DNA of 64,000 nt from Trichoplax sp. H2 (lineage: Eukaryota), in NCBI GenBank assembly GCA_003344405.1, contig NOWV01000189.1, forward strand, positions 1 to 64,000, written 5' to 3'. Positions 1-16,400 of the stretch are shown here, one piece after another. A model generated the notes under the pieces. It did no database searches, was not told the origin of the DNA, and worked only from the letters and a program-made list of their open reading frames with translations. The translations under genes and the position numbers were made by a program. Positions within the stretch are counted from its first letter, which is position 1, and each line of letters begins with the position of its first letter.

Positions 1-2
1 CT

Positions 3-588
3 TGTCACAACCCTCACTTGTGGCAAAGGAAAGTAAAGAACTCTAGTGTAGTTACTTAAAACTTGGGCTATTTCTCCCAGTACTTTCAGTTTCTATGAGA
101 GAAGTATTTGAGAACTCGATTTCTCGGCTGATCTCCACAGACAACTGACTAATTATTACACTATTCTTCACGATATGAGTCTTGTCGTTTCTTGAGCAAT
201 TACTAACTTTATTCTACAACACACGCGCTTAAATAGGTTTCTACAGTGAATTCCAATATTAACGAGTGAGAATTCATGCTTTACAAGTTACATTAATTAG
301 TATAATACCATTACTAAATATACATGTCGATATTCTCAGACTTAGATAGCTACAAGCTATCAGGTGTTAAAACGCTTAAACTTCGTCCATATACGGCTCA
401 ATTTTTAGAGATTAACACACCTAATAAACCTACAGTAAATTAACTGCTAACAACTTCTTTTTTTATCTCATTTCTACCATCCTATTATCAGCTACAAGCG
501 CATTAAACATAGCACATAACCTTATATTATCTATTCAGAAGCATTCATTAATCAACAGTTACTTAATTAGTAACGGCGTACCGTGACG
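3..588. mobile_element. Probable solo LTR
   Basis: Starts TGTCACAA and ends GTACCGTGACG, matching the termini of the TSD-flanked element at 9514-9946 (TGTCACAA...GTACCGTGACA). The left TSD lies outside the window. Confidence 0.5.
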
Positions 589-1424
589 CACGACTAAATT
601 ACGTTAGTTGCGATGGTCTTGCTCACCACCTCTAAGTAGTTATACACACGTCAAGTTTTACATTTGAGTGACTAGTATTCTTGTAAAATTACTTGTCAGT
701 CCATGATTTCTAGTATCTGTTACTCTAAAAGCTTTCTTCTGTATTTGGTAGAAAACCAGTAGTAGAATCTATTCTTATAAATCCTTTTGTGATTTAAACA
801 TTGAGTATACTTAATGGAACAAGTTTATTAAAATTTTTATACATTATTAATGTGGCACTATTGGTAAAAATATAGAAAAAAGTACTAATTGCATGAAACA
901 TTAAAATATATCAACTTAGAGAATTGTAAATGTTATGTTTCGAAAGGTTGAGAGTTCGGTAGTAGTCGCAATAAAGTACAAAAGAATGGTTAATGGAAGA
1001 GTAATCTTTATTGAGCTAGTATAAGACAATAATCGAGTAAGATTATCGTGCGAGTAACGACATGACTACTCGAATAACTATAGTAGTGCAGGATAGGTAA
1101 AGCGTGCAAGCTTACCGTGTAACTACCAGAACTAACTAATGAGATAGGCGAAAGAAGATAGTTTTTATAATGTTAAGAGCATAGCAGGAGGAAATTACTT
1201 ATAGCCACGAATGATTCTTAATAATATGTTACTTCTATGCAAGGGTTATGCTACGGTATAATCTAGCTAGAGTCTAAGAGATTTCCACAGTTTAAATTAT
1301 TAAATATAAATTAAGCATATTTAGAGTTATGTCACAGTCTAGTGGAAATTAATGTTTTACTAAAATTGGACTATACCGTACTTAGAAGTAAACACTACTG
1401 TAAATTCTATCTTTCATTTCTTAG

Positions 1425-4400
1425 AGATTTGTATCAAAATAAAATTGAAACGATTGGAGATAGAATTTTCGCAACTATGCCAAAGCTAAAAAGCCTGTAA
1501 GTTATCATAAAAGAAGAGCAATTGTGTATCGACCATTTTGTCTTGAGAAAGATTGGAACATAAGTAGATAATATGATTTGATTATATTTTTCCTTGATTA
1601 AATACTTGTTTTATTGATATTGTCCGTTCACTCTCTTTTTCAGTCTACAAACAGATTTCTAATCAATTTGCTGGATTTTACTTAAATTTGCTGTTATAAC
1701 TTTATTCACAGCAGACTTATCAATAACTCAAAAATTTTTATTTATGAACAATTCCTTATTGTTCTACGGACAAATTTCTAATCATAATCTAAAATTTTAC
1801 ATGAACTAGTTATACCTCAATTCATAACTTAACTAATCAATCGCTCAAGTATATTTATGTTTGGAATAATTCGTTATTCTTCATTTTTCGAATAAATTCA
1901 TGCAAATGGCGAATTTAGGAAATTATATAAGAATTCACTCAGTTCTTTAACTTATCCGAGAATATTTGAGGGATTATCAAACTTGGAAACACTGTAAGCT
2001 ATTCTATTGTACATATTGAAATATAAATACTTTTAGTTTTATAATATTATATTGTAGGTATAAAATTGCTATCAAGTGATAGTAAAAGGGGCTTAAAGTT
2101 ACGGAATTATCTTTTACACTTTAAGAGACTTAGAAAGCAGCAAGATTCAAAGGATTGGTGATAGAATTTTTGCAGGCTTACAAAATTTGACAAAATTGTA
2201 GGTTTTCACGAGATACAATAATTCTGTTTTAATTCTTATTGCATAGCCTTTAAAATCTTTTCTTCTAAGATATTATTGATGATAAGTTATGATGAAGTAT
2301 TTAAATCAATCAATTGAAGATTCATAATTTTAAGTAACAATTTATTAATGATTATTCCAGATCCTTAAATGGAAATTTGTTGGACTCTATATGTTCTTCA
2401 CATATATTCAAAGGGCTATACAAATTAAAATATTTGTAAGCTGCCTAGTATTATGATCTTTAAAGCGTTATAAGTGCTTACTTGGGCTTTAGAGCTTCGG
2501 CTATAATAAATCAAAAGAATTTTTCATTGCTAATTAAATTGTAACAATGCATCATAAGGTATAAGTATCTCCAGATACTTCGCATTACATCGTAATATAA
2601 TGTCTTTGAATTGCATTGTAAAATATTATGGTAAACGTGAAAAGTAATCCAGTCGGCTTAAAGCTAATTTTATCGGTGCTAGATTAGCATTATTGATACT
2701 TTCAGTCTTAAAAAGTTACGTCTTGCTGTAAATTATTATATGGACACGAAAGGACAGGCTACTCATATATGTGAACTCTAAGGGAGAGGCTAACTTATTC
2801 TGTAATACCCTAGAACCACAGACTGTGAGAGTAAATAAGTACCTAGTCGTTCGAGTATCTTGTTTTAAAAGATGTTTAGCTAATCGGTAATATACACGTG
2901 TATTAAATAATTATCGTATGATATATGATCCTAGCATGAATGTTAACCTTACAAACTAAGTGTTGTAACAACTGAAGTTAGATACGATAGTTAAGGATTA
3001 TCTTATTTATATAATTTTTTTACATTAGATAGAATACTTATAGCAATGCAAGTGTTATTTGTATTTGTGTATTATATCTCAGCAAAGAATACAGAATAAG
3101 AATAATATCGAAAATTGAGAAGTTTCTTTATCTTTTAGGTACTTAAATACAAATAGGATAGAAAAGATCGACGACGCAGCATTTATGGATTTGCAGAACT
3201 TACGAATACTGTAAGTTATTGCTATTTAGGTGCGATAGAGCTCTAATTAGCCTCTATGGCATTAAAATTTGAAGAAAGTCTTCTAATGAAATTAGATAAT
3301 ATTGATATGAAAGTTTTTAGAGTTCACCGAGTTCAAACGAATACCTATTAGTAGCTTAAATGATGCATTCACATTAATATCTAAATCATTATGATGTTCA
3401 AAATTAATATCGAATTTGAAAAGATTTGAAACATAATTACTTAGATTCCAAATCTATAACATTAGCAGTTTAATGAGGAACTGCTAAATATAGCTATCTG
3501 TTTGAAGATTCCGTTTTAGTTCGTTAGTCGGTTAGATAGTCAACTAGTTTTTCAATTGATATTTAATTGTAAAGACTATAATCTTGGGTGCCAAGATTCC
3601 TTCAGTAATAAATGATAGTAAATCTCTGACTATCTCGTCTGCATTAACTGTGACGCTATAATTATACCATAGTATTCGGTCGTTGGAACTGAATTATTTG
3701 GTGATATAGCTAATCTCGCCTCTTTAAGTTAGTAAGTGGCGTTCTCCGCAAGGGTTGGCGTGTGTAGACTACTTTGTCACTAGTGGTGTGTGACTCTGTT
3801 TTATCAACTATTCAATAATTGCAATGTTATTACTATATTAGCGTATAGACGGTTCTGATATTATATTACAGACTGTGCAACTAATCTTAGCTAAAATTAA
3901 GCGAATATAAGAAATAAAATGAGCTAATTTTACTGCAGTATCATGAGACGATACTATCTAGGATGCTTATCATTTCTAGAAATTCCGTATAAAATCTTTA
4001 AATATATTCAAGCTTTTATGCAATATGAAAGCGTAACGATTGAAAGTTATATTTATTTAAATCTGTAAAGATCTACAAGTTATTTCGTAGTATTGTAGAT
4101 AACAACAAAATTAAGACGCTTATCTTTATCAGTAAAGCATTTTCCAATACTGTACTCCTTATACCACTAAAATGAATTTACTAGTATACTCTAATTGGAC
4201 TAAAACAGTTTATTAAAACACATAATTGCTGACAGAATGATGCTCATCATTCGGTTATCACACGGTGTTTAATAGTACAATAACAATCTTAACTCTGATT
4301 CTTTCTGTATCGATTTCGTATCATTTGAAAATGACTTGAAATAAATTTCTTTTAGCGGACTGAAAGACAATAAGATAGAAAGAATTTCAGATAGAGTTTT

Positions 4401-7400
4401 CTCGAAATTACATCTTTTAGAGTGGCTGTAAGTTACCTACGAATTCCCAAAGAATACTTAATTAATAATATATACTTGGTTCTTTTGAAATTGACGAAAT
4501 TACCTCGTATTCATCCGTAGTAGATGACTGATTCAAATATTTTTGTATCATTTTATTTTACAGTTCGTTGGAAAAGAATTTATTAAATGATTTAACTTCT
4601 CCCAAAATATTTGAAGGATTGTCGAACTTGGAATATTTGTAAGCTATGCAATCGAATACTACAAATAAAAATTGACAAATGAACAGTGCAGTAGTATTTA
4701 AAATCCATTTAGATATAAATTAATAATAAATATGCTTACTGCACCTACTGCATTTCGTTGACAATTGCATAAAAATTATACATGAAAACAGTATCAATTG
4801 AATGATTGAAGATGAAAATTAAACGTAGCAGGAAATTGATATACGACTGATTATTTGCATAGGTATTTAGAAAGTAATAGATTGGTAAAAATAGAAGATG
4901 GAGTTTTTGCGAGCTTGCCTAGATTAGCTAAACTGTAAGTTTTCGTGGAATACTGTAAACTTACCTACTTTATTCTATCTAATTTCTTGTAAATGATAGT
5001 TGAGAAAACTATACTTTGAAAGCATGACCTTATAATAGTCATTTTTAAGTGACTTGCAGCTATATTTTGTTAAAAGATCTTCTAAGACTTAGTTTTCTTA
5101 CTAATAACTTATACAGGGTGATGTACGAAAATTTATTGAGCTCTTTATCAGCAGGAATGTTTCAAGGATTATCTAGCTTGACAAATTTGTAAGCTAAATA
5201 GAGATATTTAGCTAATGCATAAACTCTTTGACTATATTTTTTATTATAAATAGATTCCATATGCTAATGATAAGTTCTAGATTATTCCATTTTACAATTA
5301 TTTTCTCTAACTTAGTTGAATATTATTCACTATATGATATTTAATGTAATTTAGCCTAAATACGTATGTTATGCGCTATAACTGAGAAATCATACTAAGT
5401 GAGGGTATCTCGTGGTTTAGTGGAGTATTCCATGACAAAGTAAAAATAGGATAGTTAGACAACATATAAATTCCAAGAGGCTTAATTATTACACAACTTA
5501 TAGCGATAAAATAAATAAGAACACTTTCTTCAATACATTAGAGACATAGAAAAAAATAACATAGAAAAAATTGAGGATGGGGCTTTTGCAGACTTAAATC
5601 AATTAGAAACGCTGTAAGTTTTCATAAGACAACATTCTCATTCGATCATCGCTCTGTTGTAATGTAATATTTCTATTTAAATATATGAGATAGTAAATTG
5701 CGTAATTTAAATTGCTTTTGGTTCTTCTGAAAATATCATAGGATTTGAACACTGTTATTTAGTTGTATACTACTTTTACAGGAGCTTAAGTGAAAATTTA
5801 TTGAATACTTTAACTTCTAAAAGAACTTTCGAAGGATTAATAAATTTGGAAAATCTGTAAGTAACGAAAACTACTGATAATTATTTGTGATAATCATTAG
5901 ATTAGACTGTTAAAGGTTGATGCCGAATAAGCTATTGATATGGATGGACAATTTAACTATTAATTATTAGTAAACTTAACGGTTCACATTTTATCAGACT
6001 ACTCGTATGATAAAGTGGATATCATATACGGTATATGTATTGCTATGGAGAGCTAAATTGTAATTTCGAATATTGCTTGCAAAATCGATTATATGAACAG
6101 CATGAATTGTATTTTAGCATTTCCATGCTATAATTACTACTATTTCACATTGCTTTTATTATTTAAATATAGTAATACCATTTTTTGTATCATACTATTA
6201 ATCACTTAATTATTATTTACTGTAATATAAGTCTTGCTGATAACATCTTCAATGAGATATTTTGTGTATTAATAAAAGTATGATACAATTCCGAGGTTAA
6301 ACAGCATAGATGTAGTTATAGTTCTGGAACAATAGCTTGATCGTTTGATTAGATATAAGAAAGAATATAACAAAAAAAATTTTGTGCTTTTAATGCAATG
6401 ACTGGGTTTAATCATTTTTTATTCTATTTGATTGCTTCAGACACCTAAGAAATAATAGAATATCTTTAATTGTAAATGGGGTTTTCGAACCACTTAGCAA
6501 ATTATCAAACTTGTAAGTTTTAATAAATCAAATGCATTGATTTAAAGCTCTATTTAATCGGCTTTTTTGTGAGTTTTATTTCTAATTTTACTACCATAAG
6601 GTATTGTACATTATTACGATATTATAATCATTAACCTAAGCAGTTACAATTTACACTACAATATTGCTGTAGTGATATAAATATCAAATCGTAAATTTAA
6701 ATGCAATATTAGTAACTATAGTTAAAGCTCTTGCCCAGTACGTCCTGTTTAGTATTAGGTAACTAATTGACATCATTAACCACACATAGGATATCATAAT
6801 AAGCTACTAGGCACAGCTATAGAACAGATAATAATAATAATAATATACTAACTATATGATTACGAAAATAATATTTCTAATAATATAATAATACTTATGC
6901 ACAAGACAGATTTCCATAGCTTCATTAATAAAAATAGTTAAACAGGCTAACTACATGCTCAAACGATACCTGCTTCAGTTGCTTTTATACACTACATATA
7001 TTACGAATCAAATAGAATACTGACTAATCCCAACCGGCACCATGTTAGCTAATAGATACGGATAATTGGACAATTTATGTTTTAAGATGTTTCGTAATAT
7101 TCTCAACTATCAAAAATGATTTATCCGTATGAATGGCTATTTAGGAATTTTCATGAAACATTAAAATGTTTTTTTATTAGACTTAATAAAGTAAAAAGGT
7201 CAAAATATACTTATACGCTGATATTTTTTCGTTTATACTCCATAATTTATTAATCTGCGATTATAAAGTATAGATAGTTTGGTTATTTGATGATTAGAAA
7301 TATAAAATCTTCTTTAAATCTAATACATTCTATTTGATATCATTGATTTATTTATAGACAATTATCCAAAAACGAAATTCATAACCTGCGAAATATTAGC

Positions 7401-10400
7401 TTTATGGGTCTTAATCGGTTAACCACTTTGTAAGCTTGATTTATAAACATCTATAAAGGACTAGCAGATTAAAATTTTCGTTTTGACTGACTCCATTCTG
7501 TTTTAGTTCGAATAAAGCTGTAAATATATTTAAATTGTTAGGTCACTATCGCGAAACAGAATAGCTGCAATACCCAGCGGAGTATTTAGAAATATTCCTA
7601 AATTAAGGACTATGTACGACGTTTAATTGGCTTCAATAGCTAACTTTATATCAGCAGCTACAATACACTTGTATCATTAATTTGCAATAGCTGCTTAAAT
7701 TTTATAATACTTCAAATATGTAGGTATTAATTAATCGATTCTATGTATTGTATTCAGACGCTTATACGCAAATTTAATTGAAAGCGTTAGCCAAGGGGTA
7801 TGGGATGGTCTACAATACTTGCACGATATGTAAGTAAATGTACCTTGAGAATTTTTATAGTAGGATCGGATATGAAGACACAACCTAGGGTTTTATCCTA
7901 ACTTATTCAAAGGCTATAAAACTAGAAATATTTTCTAAGTTTAATTATTGTAGAGAATACTATAATTTTCCGATATTCGTATAAAAAATTGTTATCACTT
8001 TGGAAAATGAGAATTGTAGTAATACTCGTATGTACATGCCTTCACGTCAACATTGCATGTTGATCAAGTTTTTTTATTAATTTGTGTAGTTATTATATAT
8101 CCAATCGATATTGATGAATGCTTAGTAATGGAGCATTTCTAGAGTGTACAGTTTCTAATAATTATGGCTATCAAAAACTTAGCTTTCCTGGTAGTCTTTT
8201 TCATTAAAATAACTAAGAGCATCGGTTTCATACTTAAAAAAATAATAGAGAAATTCAAATCTAAATCTTTTTCCGGTTACACAGAGATTTAGCTAATAAT
8301 ATTATCAAAAATATCAGCGAAACGTACATTTCCAAAGTTAAAACAACAAAATCCATGTAAGTCTGCTTTCAATTATTGTACTTTATATAAATTCATGTTA
8401 CAGTGTTTATAATTACGTGAAAATGGTAGTAAGCTAGGAACTAACGACGTTCCTGATATACGAGACTTTGCATTTTCCGAAATGTCTGAGGTTCACACTC
8501 TGTGAGTTTATAATTTTAATTTCTTAAATACGGAAATTGAACCGAAATGACAAATTTCTTAATTTATTGATTGATTGCCTGATGAAATTTATTTCAAACT
8601 CGTTGCTGTTTTCGATAGTGAACTGTATGGAAACAACCTAAAAGTTATCCGAACCTACTCTTTTCATGGATTACAAAGATTACAGGGCTTGTAATGCAGT
8701 CAATTTTATTATATATCAATTTATTAAATTCAACTAATTTTTTCTTAAATGAGCAGTACTGCTAGGAGATTTCTTTAAATTATAGCTGCAAATATATTTT
8801 TTTAGAAATATATATAAAGATAAAATATATGATTTCTTCTACATTAGGTACCTTTTCGATAATGAGATTTCACTCATAAAACCAGGATCATTTGCTAACC
8901 TAAACAATCTAAGATTTATGTAAGTAACGTACTTAGTAACTTCATGTTAGCATAAAATACGAGCAAGATATTTAATTAATATTAGCCGGTACATAACTTA
9001 CTATTTTTACATTCGACTAAATTCGAATGGTTTCAAATGCATGCATTTATTTATACATACGTTGCTTTTCATGGATATGTAGTAATATTATTCTCAACGT
9101 TGTAGTGTAGAACAATAAATTGAGATTTCTTTAGCTAATATTTTCTATAATACCTGAGACTATTATTGTGTCAATACCTCGTGATAGGACATATCGTAAT
9201 CTGATTATTCTGTATTAGTCATCAGATGTCTATGTTCGTAAATAATGTTGTCTGTATTAAGGAGCAGTAGCTAAAACTAATCTCTTATTCAGTGAACAAT
9301 TCCAAAGTTAATCGTACTAACTATGACTCATAAACTATTAAGAGTATATAAATGCAGTATATCGTGTAATAAAGTGGATTCTTAAACTTAGTGTTTAACG
9401 TAAAATACGACTGATCTAAGTCTTTAAGTGGTCTGTTAGTAGAGTAAAAGTGTTTCTGATAGTGTAGATATCGTTCCTTGATACGTAGATCAAGGAATTG
9501 ACTTATTGATCGTTGTCACAAATCAACTTCGTGACAAGTATAACGTAAAACAAATCTCTAAATTACTATAGTCTCCGGGATTCAGTATCCCTACTTACAA
9601 GAATTTAGACGCCTTTGATTCTACGTTAAAACAACTATACAATTGAGAACTGCTTTATTCAACTATCTGACGGGTTTATATACCCTTCTACAGCAGCTAA
9701 CATTCACAAGTCATCTTATAATAATACTTGGGTGAGAACATCTTCTAACTAGTTTTTCACAGTCGGACTACAATAGTCCATTCACAGAATCATTTCAGCA
9801 CACATTACAGCACAGCAATAAATTTACTGTAACACATTTATAATTAGAGTAATTCCTATTGTAAGTAACTAGTTGTATATAATATCACTATACTATATTA
9901 ACCAAATTTAGATAGCTATTTCTTCACGGTAGTTCGTACCGTGACAATCGTACATTACGTTATCTTGCTGCAAAGCTGTTTGTGACAATACCATAATCAT
10001 ATATGCTGTATAGATAATCTCAATTTATTACCAAAGTATCTATGCACTTATGTTAGACAGATCTTGTTATGCAATTCAAGCTAAATTTTAGCTAAACATA
10101 ATTTGACTACAATATTGGTACAAAGCGTACAGAAAAAACCTACAGTACAGTGTAATTACAGTATATATTTATACCTTAATGTTATTGTACTATTCGATAA
10201 GGCCGTTATCAAAGTTAATAATTTTTTGATATCAATTTACGATGCAATGAAGATTAAGGCAGATACTAATAGTACCCACAAACGAAAAGATTACAACTAA
10301 AGAAATAATATTTTGTCATCCTATGTATAATAGTGATATATCCCGAAATAAACTGCTCTCTATCAGTAATCGTATCTTTAGCAACTTGCCATTATTGTCA

Positions 10401-13400
10401 GAGCTGTAAGTCTCATTTTATGACGTGGAATGCGCTTCATGTGGAAGTATTTATTGATAGGTCAAATTTGTTCAAATTTCAACATTTTAGATTAATTCCC
10501 GATAATTATATTGGCCATATTAGCTCAGCAGCTTTTGTCGGATCTCCGTTACTAAGCAGAATGTAAGAAAAAATTTACAATTACACAAATTTTATTAAAT
10601 TTTAGAAGAACTTTAGAAAGATTCTGATATGAAATTTTCCATGAAATTTTTTGAAGAGAATTATCAGGGAATGGAGTTGCACAAGTTTCTGACACCACAT
10701 TTTCTTATGTTGCCAATTTAAAGAAGTTGTTAGTAATGAAACAGTTTAAAGTATTATAGATCGTAATAATTGTAATTAATATTTTGGAGTATTGATTACA
10801 TAAGTTTTTGTATGTTTTCATATCCAGGGAGATTAGAGTTTGCTCTTTTAATAAAATTGGAACATACTTATTCTTAAACAACACTAAAATAGAATCTTTG
10901 TAAGTGGAAAATAATAATTTGAGAAATATTAATTTTTCTAGATCATGCATTAATTACAGATCTTATTATCATGAAAATGAAATCTAAAATTATGAAATGA
11001 TTTATTATTCTTAAGAGATCTTAGTAGCTGCAAAATTACAGTGTTGTTCTCTGGTGCTTTTTCTAACTGTGATATTATGAAAATAATGTAAGACCACATT
11101 TTCTTAATTCTAAAAATATAAATTTAAATGGTATATATCGTAAATTATCATGAATTGGCAATAATATTATCAGTCTTACTTTAAGAATTAAAAAAATTCA
11201 GTCAATTAAAGTTACAAAAAACTACATGCTTCTATCCTAGCTATCGAATAATACCCATATTTAGGCAAAAACAATTAGAAATTGCAAAAAACTTAAAAAT
11301 ATTAAAGCAATATCCATGTTATGATATATAGCTAATTTACTGTTAGAATTTTGAAGTATTAAGATTATTTTCTATCTGTTAAATCACAGAAATTTGTCTT
11401 CTACCTTCATACGCGTCTTGCCACCCTATATATTTGGTTCCCAAAAGCAAATGACTTTGGAAAGACTGTAAGTATGTCATTTTTTAAATTTCAGCGATTG
11501 CGAAAAATCACGTAACAAATTCATAAAGGCAGCGCAACAAAGATTTATCGTATTTTTATTTCTGACTTACATGAATCCATGCATACTTTACGATCATATT
11601 GAAAAAATTGCTTAGAAAATAGCTATTTTGAATCGGTTGTATTCTCTTGAGATATTCTAGTACCACAATAAAATACAAGCGACTAAATATAAAACTATTC
11701 ATGATCTAGGTATTTCAATGGCAGCTTGATAGATACCATAGACGAAATGGCCTTTTACGGACTTTATAGTTTGAAAATTCTGTAATTTTAAGTTCTATCG
11801 TAGTAACTTTGAAATTCTTAATCATTCATTCATTGAAATAACCAATATTTCAAAAATATCTTATGAACTAATGTATTTTAACAATATATTTTAGAAAATT
11901 AAATTCAAATAACATCCGATATTTGAATTTCAACACCTTTGAATCTCTTATTAGCTTGGACGAATTGTAAGTAAAAAATTGCCTAATGTTCATCATAAAA
12001 AATAAGAGCTATAACGACTTTATCCTAGATTGTTCTACTTTTAATGATCAACAATAACCGATTAAATTTTCATCATTGAAATCAGATTTAATCAAAAACT
12101 AACATGCTCAATATCATACAATTAACTGATTAGCATATTAGCTGCTGCTTTCTAATAAAAGTCACTAATAAAAAGTTATATATATATGTAAATTGCTACT
12201 GCAACTTATGAGTAGTTGCTTCACGCCAGTATTGCGCTGAAATAATTATAACTATAAGAATTTAATATCGATTTCAGCTAAGACGATAAAGCTATAAATA
12301 CCGTTAAAAATAAATACATTCATACGATATTGCAGTACCTCTCTGTTTTACTATATTTTAAGTGAGTCTAGGTTCATTTATTATGCAATATTCTACATGA
12401 AATAAAATTTAGACATAAATTGTATACTCTAACATCAGAAAAATCACCTTATAATAGTAGCTTGTGAAAGTGGCTGTATTACAGTGAATCACAAATTTTA
12501 AATCATGATGAGAACTATTCCATTTATAAGTCAGCATTCCATTCCTATGGATATGTTGCCATTAACTGTTGACTAATGTATCACACTGTGCAAGTCATTG
12601 TAAAATTAGATGCGATAATTTAAGAAGCCAATATTAAATCATTTATCTCATAGATAATATTAATAATTCTAGAAATCTTAATCAAAACAAGATTAAATAT
12701 TTGGAAAACTATGGGTTCAATCATCTTGTGTCTCTGAAAAAGCTGTAAGTAGCGATTCTTCGCCTCATTATGCTTACAGAAAGCTTTAGTGAAGTACCGT
12801 TCTTACTTTGATATCAAATTATTTGCAAATATTTGTTGTACTGTCTAAAATCAGTTATAATAAGATCACAATAACGGGGAGAGAATGTAAATACATTCTC
12901 TATCACACTAGTGCGGCCTTTTTAATAATATTATGGTAAAGAATTGATTATTGAAACTACTATATCATAAATAAGAAAATGTAGAAAATATTGATTGCTT
13001 GATTGCTTCTATTTCAATATAGGTACTTAACTTCTAATGAAATCGATGGAATTGATGAAGAAGCATTTACTGGCTTGGATGCACTAACTAATTTGTATGA
13101 ACGCCATAAATAAACCCAAAGTGAATTATATTTATTTGGATTCACACGAGAGGAAATTGATTTTACTTGATATAATTTAGAACTTAGTAATAATAAATTC
13201 GATCTTTGTATGCAAATGCTAAATTTGGAATATTTAATTTTTTAAATGCTGGGTAGACACATCAATAATAACTATCTCACCTCCCTAAATCGGACTATCT
13301 TTCATAGACTATTAAGTTTAACATACTTGTAGGTATTAAATCTGATATTGTAAGTTTGGACATGACAGCTTATGAATTTACTTCGTTTTTGATAGCGTAT

Positions 13401-16400
13401 TGTTTAAATGAACATAATCAATGCATTAAATTGAAAAAATACCTTTAAAATAAAGGAGCTGAATGTATTTATTGGAAACGACATTAGATATTTATTTACT
13501 TTCGCTTATCACTAATTTGTATTTTTGATGGATCAATATATTGTAGATTAATGGATGAGAACCAATTAAAAGTAATTCAGGATTTTCAATTTGCTAATTT
13601 ATCGACATTAGAATTTCTGTGAGTTTTTATTGTACTATTCAACCATGCAATACAAAAGATGGTCATAGGAAAACAGTTTTGTTCATCTAACATTATTTTT
13701 TGTAAACATTAGGTATTTAAGATCTAACAGAATCGAATTTATCCAACCTGATGCCTTTTACGGCTTGAATAATATGAAAGAAATGTGAGAAATTAGACAA
13801 GCTTTTAAATAGATTTACCGACGTTGAAACTGAATTACGATTTAATTCTTCTATTGACTTTTATTACCCTAGACGGCTCGATGGAAATCTTCTATATCAA
13901 GTAGCTGATCTACCTTTGGGTATCTTTAAAATTCTTCAGCATGTGTAAGAAGTTATGGAATTACAGCCATTAATGTATTAATTATATTAATCGAACAAAT
14001 TAGCAAAATCATATAATACACATAATTCTATTATCACAACTTATATCATCGTCAATTTGCTAGTGGATTATCAAAAAATAAAATGCGACGGCTCAGCATG
14101 GCATGCTTATCTAATATTACATATGATATTTACAAAATGTAAGTCAGTACGATCTCGTAATGTCAATCACGACTAGCATTAGATCGGAATGCTATGATTT
14201 TAATTATGCACTGTATAGCACGCTAAGAAAATTTTATAAACAGCCCTAATTACAATAGGAATGCTTGTTATCCAAAAGTAAGAACATTTAATATCTGTAT
14301 CTATCATTCTTGGAATTAGAGATTTATCAAACAATCTATTGGAAGAGTTCCAAATTCCTAGATGCTTTCAATGCCTGCGACATATGTAATTTTATGACTA
14401 TTTATATATTATAAATCAGTTTAATTCCTCTTAAACTAATTAAATTTGATGTATTATTATCGACCGATGAATACCTATACTTAGCTGATTTACCTGATTA
14501 TCGAATATTACTTAGGCGCTACGCAGAAATTTAACTGAAGTAATCTCTTTTTTAGTAATATCTTTAATAACAGGTTTGCCAGTGATAAAAGTTTATCGTT
14601 CCGCAACATTGACTGCGTTTCATCTATGTAAGTCGATTAGATATAATCGAAATCAATGGTAATAATGGTTTTTTATGCAAATATGTATATTGACAGGTTC
14701 ATTATACGCATAAATAGCAATTGGTGTTTGAAAGCAAATCATTAATTTCCTTGTTCAGCGTTTCATTTACAGTCACAGTTATAATATGTAAAAAATAGAT
14801 ATTAGCAGTGTATTGACATCATCATAACAAACAAAGTGTTGATTTACCTTAACGTTAGGATATTGTAATAGTGCAGTAGTAGCTTATATGAATAATATCC
14901 ATATTTGTAGTGCTATGTAAGATAAGTAATGCTATTACGTGAATATTATTTTTGATATTTTATTAAATATTTAATATTGATTGTGATTATGTTTAGATAG
15001 TAGTAAGATGATTCTAGTTCTAGCTAATGATTATTGAATTAGACAACATACATGCTTAGGTTAGGATTAGGCATGAGTAAGAGATTAAAATATTTACTGA
15101 TAGAAAAGCTATATAAGGAGCATCTCAGTTGGAGATGTCTCTCCTAGCTGGGTATAATAATAATACTGTTGTTGTTTACAAATAAGACGGTTCCTATATA
15201 AACCGGAACGTTTGCCTTGAATTCTGTGATAAAAAGTTGTAGATGTGTCTATGCTAATAAAAGTTTTTTTTAAGGTACTTCGCTCTGAGTGTTTAACGTT
15301 TAGTAAAAGGGCGTTTAAGTCAGTAGTTAATTATAGACTTTTATTGTATATTTCCTTGTTGCAGAGTTGAAATTGTGACAGCGTTTAATTTAAAAACTAT
15401 AGCCATGGCCTAGAGTACCAGACTTTTGTCATCTCATTTCTTGATAATACGTTTATAAAATCTATTTCGATATATTGATCTTGACATTAATGAGAATAAA
15501 CAGTGCATAGTTAAATAGTACATAACATAATCCTAATTAATTTATAGTAAGTTCAATACGAGATTTTTCTTTTACTCTCATGCCAATGCAACTAGCTTTA
15601 TATTCAATTAAAATTTTTAATTTAATCCTCAGTTAAACGTTGCTTTTATATTGCAGCGACATCAGCCAAAACAGAATTACTAAGTTGCAAACCGATATTT
15701 TCTCTTCATTGCAAGACCCAACTATTCTCTCAGCTCTGTATGCACGCACTTTATTACTATATATTCATCGTACCTTGCAACTCCTGCCTGTTCTTAATTT
15801 ACTTTGTGGCTTATGATGATAGAAATATTTCCAATAATCGTCTAGAAAATATCGAACCCGACTTATTTAATTCGATTTCAAGCTTAAAAGAATTGTAAGT
15901 AGCAACAGATAAAGAAAGCAAAGCACTACTAGTACCTATAATGAATTGATTCTAGCCCAGTAGTAAGAGCGATCTTCTTACTGTGCTTAAAAATCTACTT
16001 AATGACTGTTAGCAAGTTATTATGAATGAACCTCTTTTCTGAATTAGTCAAAATTGTTGTCTAATGGCAAGTATTATTAATGGAATGCTGTAATTGCTAT
16101 TTAAATCGTAACATTTACAAATATTGGCTTTTACTTCTTAAAATACATTCAATGAACATGCACTGTATAGTAACGTTTGCTATAAATAAAGTTATACCCT
16201 AATTTACTGTACATTATAGAAACGAAAGTTACTAAAGCTTTTATAAAATTTATTTTTCATTGTTTGATCAGGATAATTCATAACAATCGTATTGATAAAC
16301 TGGAATTTGTGAAACCGTTGCGTTACCTGAAAATACTGTAAGTTTGTGTTAATACTAATTGCAGTTACCAACATTAATTGAAATTGGTATTTGTATGCTC

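Noticed and set aside
931-1336. Further possible solo LTR (TG..CA)
   Set aside because: No TSD and no second copy seen in the window.
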